Assembly: GCA_964016885.1 (NCBI GenBank)
Contig: OZ024742.1
Location: forward strand, 27,094,001-27,158,000
Source: Eledone cirrhosa
Lineage: Eukaryota
Direction of reading: 5' to 3'
Length of the DNA: 64,000 nt
In this document: piece after piece, positions 56,446 through 64,000 of the stretch
Layout: each line of letters opens with the position of its first letter
How positions within the stretch are numbered: position 1 is the stretch's first letter
Translations under genes and position numbers: made by a program
Notes under the pieces: generated by a model
Databases searched by the model: none
Seen by the model: only the letters and a program-made list of their open reading frames with translations
Told to the model about the DNA's origin: nothing

Positions 56446-57338
56446 ATAACATGTTAACACGTTCTTATACTTCCAATATCTGTAGATGTAACAATACGCC
56501 ATTGTGTACGATACATCTATTACGAGATCTGACATTTGCTAATTAACTCTTCTGGTCAAATCACGACTTCAATAGATCTGTCAAACATTTCAAGACAGTG
56601 AAGTTTGTAGGAAACTTTTACATTGAAATAAATAATTTTAGTAGAACCAGTGACATTCATGCTTTAGTTTTTGACGTAAAGAAATGACATTTGCTCAATA
56701 ATTGTAGTCCTTTACGTTATATGTACAATTTCCACTAAGGTAACTATCTTTAACCCTTCGAGGGACCATAGATTTAGCACCAACCATGTACTTATTTCGA
56801 CCATTCTATGAAAGTGTTAGTAGCCATGTGCTGTATAGGTCAACTTTAACTTCCACCCTTTGGCGGTCGATAAACAATATACCAGTTTAATACTGGGGTC
56901 GAATCATTCTCTATATCGCTTTCCCACTTCCTTTCTCTATTACTTTCCATCTTTCTCTAGGGGAAATCTGCTATATTTAGACCGGGAGAAAAGTCAATAT
57001 GGCACCCCTACGACTCCCTCAGCAGTTATGTTATTATGCATGCTGTGGATATATACAAATGATTATTATTGTTGGTGTTATTGCTAAAAGGGTGGTGGTT
57101 TGGCAGTGTTTTCTTCCCTTTTCTCTTCTGTTACATATTCTCTTTCTCTCTCTCCCTTTTTTCCCAATAATTTCCTTTAATTATTGATGCACTGAGATTA
57201 GATATCTTGTCTTTAATGCGTAGAATTATCCATGATCCCCACCAGACATCTGATGAAGGAAAACTTTCTCCCGTTCGTGGTTTCCTCTTATTTATAAGTA
57301 CACCTTATCCAGCAACTACACAGCCCCTGTTTCTTCTT

Positions 57339-57375
<37 letters not shown>

Positions 57376-57642
57376 CAGGTTGGAAGCCCTCTTATGTAAG
57401 GAATATATCACGTGATTGTGATCGCGAGCTACACTCCCTTAGAGAAATATGTTGTGACCTAGAAGTGTTAAAATCCTTCCAATGGTATGGTTACTATGGA
57501 CCCATCCGTTTTAAATATTCCGCATCTACTATTAATAGTAGGCCTTACCCTCTTGATGAGATTCGCCTCTTTAATTATCAAAATATCGATAGTTCGTTTA
57601 ACAGCTTCGATGGCGATTTTCACATCATAGATATTACTCCTC

Positions 57643-57708
<66 letters not shown>

Positions 57709-57713
57709 TTGTA

Positions 57714-57786
<73 letters not shown>

Positions 57787-59110
57787 GGAGAGAGAGACCG
57801 GTGAGATAATAAATAGAGAAATAGAAACATGCACATGTAGCATGGGGATAGACATGGAAAGAGGAGAGCGAGCACATTTCCCTAGTGGTAAGCAATTTGA
57901 CCCATCGTAATGAAGCACAAGTATCTCATTACAATAATTTTCAGATACATTTGAACTGATTTCTAATAATTATTTCATAGAATGATCAAACGATAAGTTA
58001 CATATTAGAATGGGTAAATGATGGCGGGAGCAAAGTCGTTGCAAGTGATTGTGTTTAGTATAAATTAAAGATTAATCCATGCATTTGTTTTCTAATTACT
58101 GTTAGCTAACATCACTTAATCCCACCAGTAACTATATTTACGAGGTCAGACAATGCTCCACGTAATAGGTTACATACAGAACTTATATTTCCGTTCTAAC
58201 TGTTTTATTTACATGAATTAATTAAGAAGAAAATTACAGGTCTTGTCAGAAAACTGCTAATAGACTGCCGAAATTGTATAATCTGTATAAATTTACGATC
58301 GTCGCGACCAGCAGCAGGGGTCATTTTATGGTAGGTTTACTGTATTAGGGAGCAGAAGATAGACCCAACAACTTTGAAGATGCACCGAGAGTTGAGAGAT
58401 CTCTATAGAAAGTAGCCGTAAAATAGTCGGTTAGATTTGAATCGTTAGGGTGCCGTTGGGATATACAAAATGTCTTAAGCATTGAAACCTGGCGGAGAAA
58501 ATCAAATTCTAGGTTTGAAAACTAAGAATTTCTTTCAGATAATGAGGGAAAGAAGGAGAGATAAGGGAAGAAATGACATCAGTACAGAGCTGGTAATTTG
58601 TTTATCGACGTCGGGAGGTTAAAAAAGGGTACATGACTTAGGTGGATTTTGAGAAAGCAGAAAACAGGAACAGTAACCAGTAACCACGTATCTGCTTGTG
58701 TATGTGATTGTGTGCGTGTGTGTGATTATGTGCGTATGTGTGATTTTGTGTGAGTATATGTGTGTGTGTGTGGTTATTTATGTTTTTATAAATCTGAGTC
58801 TGGGTGGGTGTGTGTGTGTAACGACGCTGCATTATCAAATGGTTAAGAGTTTCACTTTGCAAACAAAAGGTCGCGGGTTCGAGCCCAATACGAGGCACCT
58901 TGGGTACATCATTGAGTGTACCTTCGGGTGGCCCCATGTCTCATGTGTAAAATTGTTTAGAGACCCTTTAAATGGATTATACCTGTAATTTAAAGTACCC
59001 ACCGTGTCATATCCTGTCTTGCTGAATGTTCCTGAGGATTACATTAAATGTACACGTGTCTTTATTTCATAAGCAGGCTTTTCAGTTGATCGTCAAAACC
59101 TACGGAAGAT

Positions 59111-59159
<49 letters not shown>

Positions 59160-59227
59160 ATATATATATAGATATATATATATATATATATGGGGGGGGT
59201 GCATCTGTGGGTGCATGTGTGTCTGTG

Positions 59228-59260
<33 letters not shown>

Positions 59261-60169
59261 GTGTGTGTGTGTGAGTGTGTATTTATTCCTCCATACACGC
59301 ATATATATGCACACACAAACACACACTAATACATACATAAACACATATATTTGAGTGTCCTTTGTTGAGATGTTCTTCCTTATACTATTAAGCAGTGCTG
59401 ACCGTCGCCATCTAATTCACTCATGTCATTAAAGGAACGACGTGTACGGCACCTCTAGAACCAACACAATCAATTATTTGAACGATTAATTGGTGATATA
59501 TGTCAATTGCCACTAATGATGCAACTGTTTGCTGTAGGATATATCTTTCTACCCATCATATTATAAACGATTCTTCTTCAATTGTTAGAAACATTTCGTT
59601 CTGAGAAAAGAAAGACCATTATTATTACTACTTCTATTATTATTATTACTATTATTATTATCATTCTCCCATAGGAATTTGGAGAAAAAAAATTATATTG
59701 ACATTTGATGAACAACTCAAACATATATTTGTTATCAGAGTTCATGTTGTAGTTGGACATAATATATATATCTCTGTCTGTGTGTAGCACAATGGAAGTA
59801 AATGTTACTGATTTTAAAAATCTTTAATGAAAGTATGTTAAAGGAACATTCCGTCCAACTGTAGAGCAAACTGCCAACATGTCAGTGTGCTGCAGAAATT
59901 ATATACATCAAAAGGAGAATTGGTAATATCGATCAGCTAAACAGCAAGCGATCACAAAACTATCTGATGTCTCTTACTATTCAGAACTTCTCTCAGTCCG
60001 AAAGGCAATCAATCGCAATGAACGAAACAGACAATTGAATGGCTGTTTTTTTATTCGTTTTCTTTTCGTTTTTTTTTTCTTTTTTCTTTTTATTTCTTTT
60101 TTCTTATTATTCAGCAAGGCTATAAATAAGGATCTTGATTCCTAGAATACAAGAAGAACACGTGACAAA

Positions 60170-61420
60170 TGTAGCATTTTACGTCATAACTGGCTTTCGG
60201 CGGACATCATCGCTTCGCTGAGCTTCGTGTTCATTTAAGCTTTTAATTTCGTTAGCTGGAGATAAATTTACCCTACAAACATAAGTTGTGTTCTTAAGTT
60301 TCTACATTGTAACTCTCGTCCTCGAATTTTATTTGATTAGCAATTTCGGTTAATGTTTTCTTCTAGCTTTAACCAAAAGACTTTTTTTTCCTCTTGGTAA
60401 TTAGTCCGTCTATTTGTAGCAAGATTTTCTTACAAAAGAAAATTGCATTATGCCATTAATAGCCCGCTATATATACGTAGCTCCTTTTATTCTCATATTC
60501 TCGTTCTAAACAAAAGCATTTGAAGAATTATTTTATTGAAAATTTTCCCAGATATAAAATAAAAGTTATCAGGAATAGTTGAGATAGAAAAATAAATGTA
60601 TAAAGAAATTATAACACTTCGTAGTAAACAATTCTCTGTATCTTTTATTTAATTTTCTCCTGCTCTCTTTATTATATGGTTGTCACTTTCGCTGAATAAC
60701 TTCAAGTTGATTTTGTTAGGTAGGTTTTTGTTTTCTTTTTTATTTGAGACACCTGATTATGTACGGCAGATGAGCCCTGCTGCATAGCCTCTTTAACTGT
60801 ACTGAATTGAGTCGAAGTAAGTTAAATCTCAACATGAGTTCCCACTCAACACCGACATTAAATTACCGCCATTTTCTAATTGATCAGCTATGCAAAACCA
60901 TATTTCGTGCTGGGCTGAATATCGGTTAAATTAATTGAGAAAAGTTCTAACAATAATGGACCTCTCATAACACACTTGAGTTTTCTGGTGGTTAAACCAT
61001 CCATTTATTCATATTTCTGTGACACGACTTCTTGCTTTATAGACCGATTGTGTATTACTGGAAGAGTAGATGCTAAGCATTACACGGTGTATCTATGCTT
61101 CACAATAGTCCATGAACGTGTAATCGAACGTAGTATTTCAGTAAGTAAGACATTTTTTTCCTTTAGATGACAAATGGAAAACCATTACAGTTTATTGACA
61201 TTCAGCTGTATGATTAAGAGGCACTTTTTAAAGCCTAACAGCCTGGACTGTAAAATGTTATATTGCTGTTCAAATGACAGACATTCGACGAAGTATTTCA
61301 CCCGAGGTTTCATTATTTCATCAATGTGGTAACATAGCATCTATTTTCAATGTTTACGCACATGTTTCAATACTTTTGCATGAGGCCATGTATATCATGA
61401 TTTTTATGTTATATATAAAT
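60170..61420 (-). pseudogene. Possible very old hAT transposase remnant
   Basis: Frameshifted TTYVC..QLTKLKA*MNTKLSE at ~60200-60290 (dimerisation-motif-like) and TWPHAKVLKHV at ~61360-61395 (RWLSRGKVLKR-like). Weak. Confidence 0.25.
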
Positions 61421-62161
61421 TGAAATCTGTGTATACTTCATAAACCGCAAATACCAAACTTTGGTTACGATTTCGACGGAGGTTTATGGCTTACGTTCAT
61501 AATCTCCCCCATATTTTGCCCAGCATCAGCCAGTGTGTTCAACAACGAAGAACCCGGGAATTAGATATTTATTTAATATTGTAAAATATAAAGTTATAAT
61601 GATGCAGGTTTGCCAAAAAAAAAAGAAAAAATGAAAAAGAACTCATTAACGGTGAGAATCTGAACAGACTTACTGATATGAATCTGTGAGGAATAATCTG
61701 TTGTCCAATTCTTAGCCAATCATAACGTCATGTCAGTAAGGTCAGATGGAGAGCAATAGTTTCGAACCTTGTCTAGTGGTAAAAAGGGCTGCTTAGTTCT
61801 TGTTAATTTCCCGCTCATGTTATATGACAAAGAGAACAAACTAACAGTTATTTAGAAGTCATGTCTCTGAAGTTGTAATCATTTCCTGTCGCCTATTTTT
61901 CTTAAGATGCTACTAACATCTTAAGCACAGGTTTTCAAACGTCTGTAATTATTTACGCAACAAGCTATATTAAACGGTTCGTTAATGCTTCATTATCTCA
62001 GCAACAGTCAAAGGAGGGTCGTTTGATTAAATATTTAAATGATGTTCCTAATGGAAAATATAATTAGAGGATTATGTAACAAAACATTAATCCTCGTATA
62101 GAGTTATGTATGTGTATTTAGGCCCAATTTTGCGAATGCAAATACAAATAATAATAATAAT

Positions 62162-62362
62162 GGTTTCTTATTTAGGCACAAGGCGAAACATTTTGGAAGA
62201 GGGGAAAGTCGATTAAATCAGCTCCAGTGTGTTACTGGCACTTTATTTTAACGACCTCGAAAGGAAAAGGTGATCTTGGCGGGTTTTGAACTCAGAACGC
62301 AGAGGGCGATAAACATTATGCCACAAAGCATGTTGTCCGACGCTCCACCGATACTGCCAAAC
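62162..62362 (-). mobile_element. Family A-related SINE
   Basis: GTTTCTTATTTAGGCACAAGG..TTGAACTCAGAAC..CCGACGCTCCACCGATACTGCCAA. Confidence 0.78.
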
Positions 62363-62750
62363 CAACGCATTTATCATAACAATAATAATGATAATGATGA
62401 TGATGGTTGTTATTGTTGTTTATTTAGTTATTTATTAGTCACAAGGGCTCAAATATATCCTCTAAACTAAGTACAAATATGGAATGTACTAAATACACAA
62501 CAAACAGGAGTTGCTGGGGAAACCTTGTACACTATATTAAACTCATTAAACATTGTATACGCAAAATCAAATAGACAAGTAACTTCAAAAGACATGAAAA
62601 GCCGGCACGAGGGTAGGATCAGGCATTTTTACGATCTAGACCTTAGCCACTCCACAAAAGCAATTCTATACTGTGGCTATATCTACATTAATAGTTAGTA
62701 CACCAATAGTGGGAATTTTATCAACCATATATTATTCTAAGTTGATAATA

Positions 62751-63694
62751 CTCGTCTCCTATCTCGTCTCCTATAGCGTCTCCTATCGCGTCTCCTTTCT
62801 CGTCTCCTATCTCGTCTCCTATCTCGTCTCCTATAGCGTCTCCTATCGCGTCTCCTATTTCGTCTCCTATCTCGTCTCCTATAGCGTCTCCTATCGCCTC
62901 TCCTATCTCGTCTCCTATCTCGTCTCCTATCTCGTCTCCTATCGCGTCTCCTATCTCGTTTCCTATAGCCTCTCCTATCTCGTCTCCTATCTCGTCTCCT
63001 ATCGCGTCTCCTATCTCGTCTCCTATCTCGTCTCCTATCTCGTCTCCTATCGCGTCTTCTATCGCGTCTCCTATCGCATCTCCTATCCCGTCTTCTATCT
63101 TGTCTCCTATAGCGTCTCCTATCTCGTCTCCTATCCCGTCTCCTATCGCGACTCCTATCTCGTCTCCTATCTCGTCTCCTATCGCGTCTCCTATCTCGTC
63201 TCCTATCTCGTCTCCTAACGCGACTCCTATCTCGTCTCCTATCTCGTCTCCTATCTCTTTTCCTATCTCGTCTCCTATCTCGTCTCCTATCTCGTTTCCT
63301 ATCTTGTCTCCTATCTCGTCCCCTATCTCGTCTCCTATCTCGTCTCCTATCGCGTCTCCTATCTCGTCTCCTATCTCGTCTCCTATCGCGTCTCCTATCT
63401 CGTCTCCTATCTCGTCTCCTATCGCGTCTCCTATCTCGTCTCCTATCTCGTCCCCTATCTCGTCTCCTATCTCGTCTCCTATCTTGTCTCCTATCTCGTC
63501 CCCTATCTCGTCTCCTATCTCGTCTCATATCTCGTCTCCTATCTCATCTCCTATCTCGTCCCCTATCTCGTCTCCTATCTCGTCTCCTATCTCGTCTCCT
63601 ATCTTGTCTCCTATCTCGTCCCCTATCTCGTCTCCTATCTAGTCCCCTATCTCGTCTCCTATCTCGTCTCCTATCGCGTCTCCTATCTCGTCCT
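62751..63694. repeat. 12-bp minisatellite (CTCGTCTCCTAT), about 78 copies
   Basis: Read directly; it produces the RRRD/SSPI/VSYL ORFs. Confidence 0.97.
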
Positions 63695-63931
63695 CAGGTT
63701 CTACCGGGGTAGGGATATTTTTCGAGTAGAACTTCTAGGGTCATGGTTCTCTTCAATCTAAACATGTTCTTCATTGTTGTGTCTGTTTTTAATTGTGATG
63801 AAGTTTTTATTGACTGCTGAGTAACTTACTAATAGTGGTTACACTTGATTGAACCCTGGACTCATATATATATAAGGCTCTGATACCATCAACACCATAA
63901 ACACAGAGCTGGCATATCTAAGAACTGACTA

Positions 63932-63987
63932 ACTGCCTGATGAGGTCATAGCCATTGAATGGCTATCATCGAAATATATATAGCAGT
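63932..63987 (+). ncRNA. Type I hammerhead ribozyme, intact core
   Basis: ACTGC-CTGATGA-GGT(c ATAGCCATT g AATGGCTAT c)ATC-GAAA-TATATA-TA-GCAGT: perfect 5-bp stem I, extended stem II, palindromic stem III, followed by AATAAA. Confidence 0.85.
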
Positions 63988-64000
63988 AAATAAAGGAGTT

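Noticed and set aside
57248-57325. Hammerhead at CTGATGAAGGAAA
   Set aside because: The 3' half of the core is missing or too decayed to call.
62673-63642. Arg/Asp-rich or Ser/Pro-rich repeat proteins
   Set aside because: The 12-bp unit is open in several frames by chance; there is no flanking domain or splice support.

Overview
This is AT-rich, repeat-dominated eukaryotic DNA (intergenic or intronic). The SINE domains, RTE tails and very long (TA)n/(CA)n/(GA)n tracts suggest a mollusc, probably an octopus-type cephalopod; that is an inference. I cannot support any host protein-coding gene, tRNA, rRNA or CRISPR array, and nearly all ORFs in the track are microsatellite translation artefacts. 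The window contains: (1) about 25 tRNA-derived SINE copies from at least three families. (2) RTE-clade LINE fragments, including a near-intact RT region with a 5' inversion at 26668-28045. (3) Three CRE-like restriction-like-endonuclease LINE 3' ends. (4) Many Penelope-like (PLE) remnants and pseudo-LTRs, carrying at least seven type I hammerhead ribozyme cores with palindromic stem III. (5) Mariner-, Tigger- and hAT-like MITEs. (6) A 77/80-bp satellite with a 4-mer higher-order repeat, plus 42-bp and 12-bp minisatellites. The most notable recurring pattern is a series of head-to-head inverted duplications whose short arm fuses to a microsatellite through 2-4 nt of microhomology, seen in several unrelated elements. 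Alignments, translations and folds were done by eye, so boundaries are approximate.
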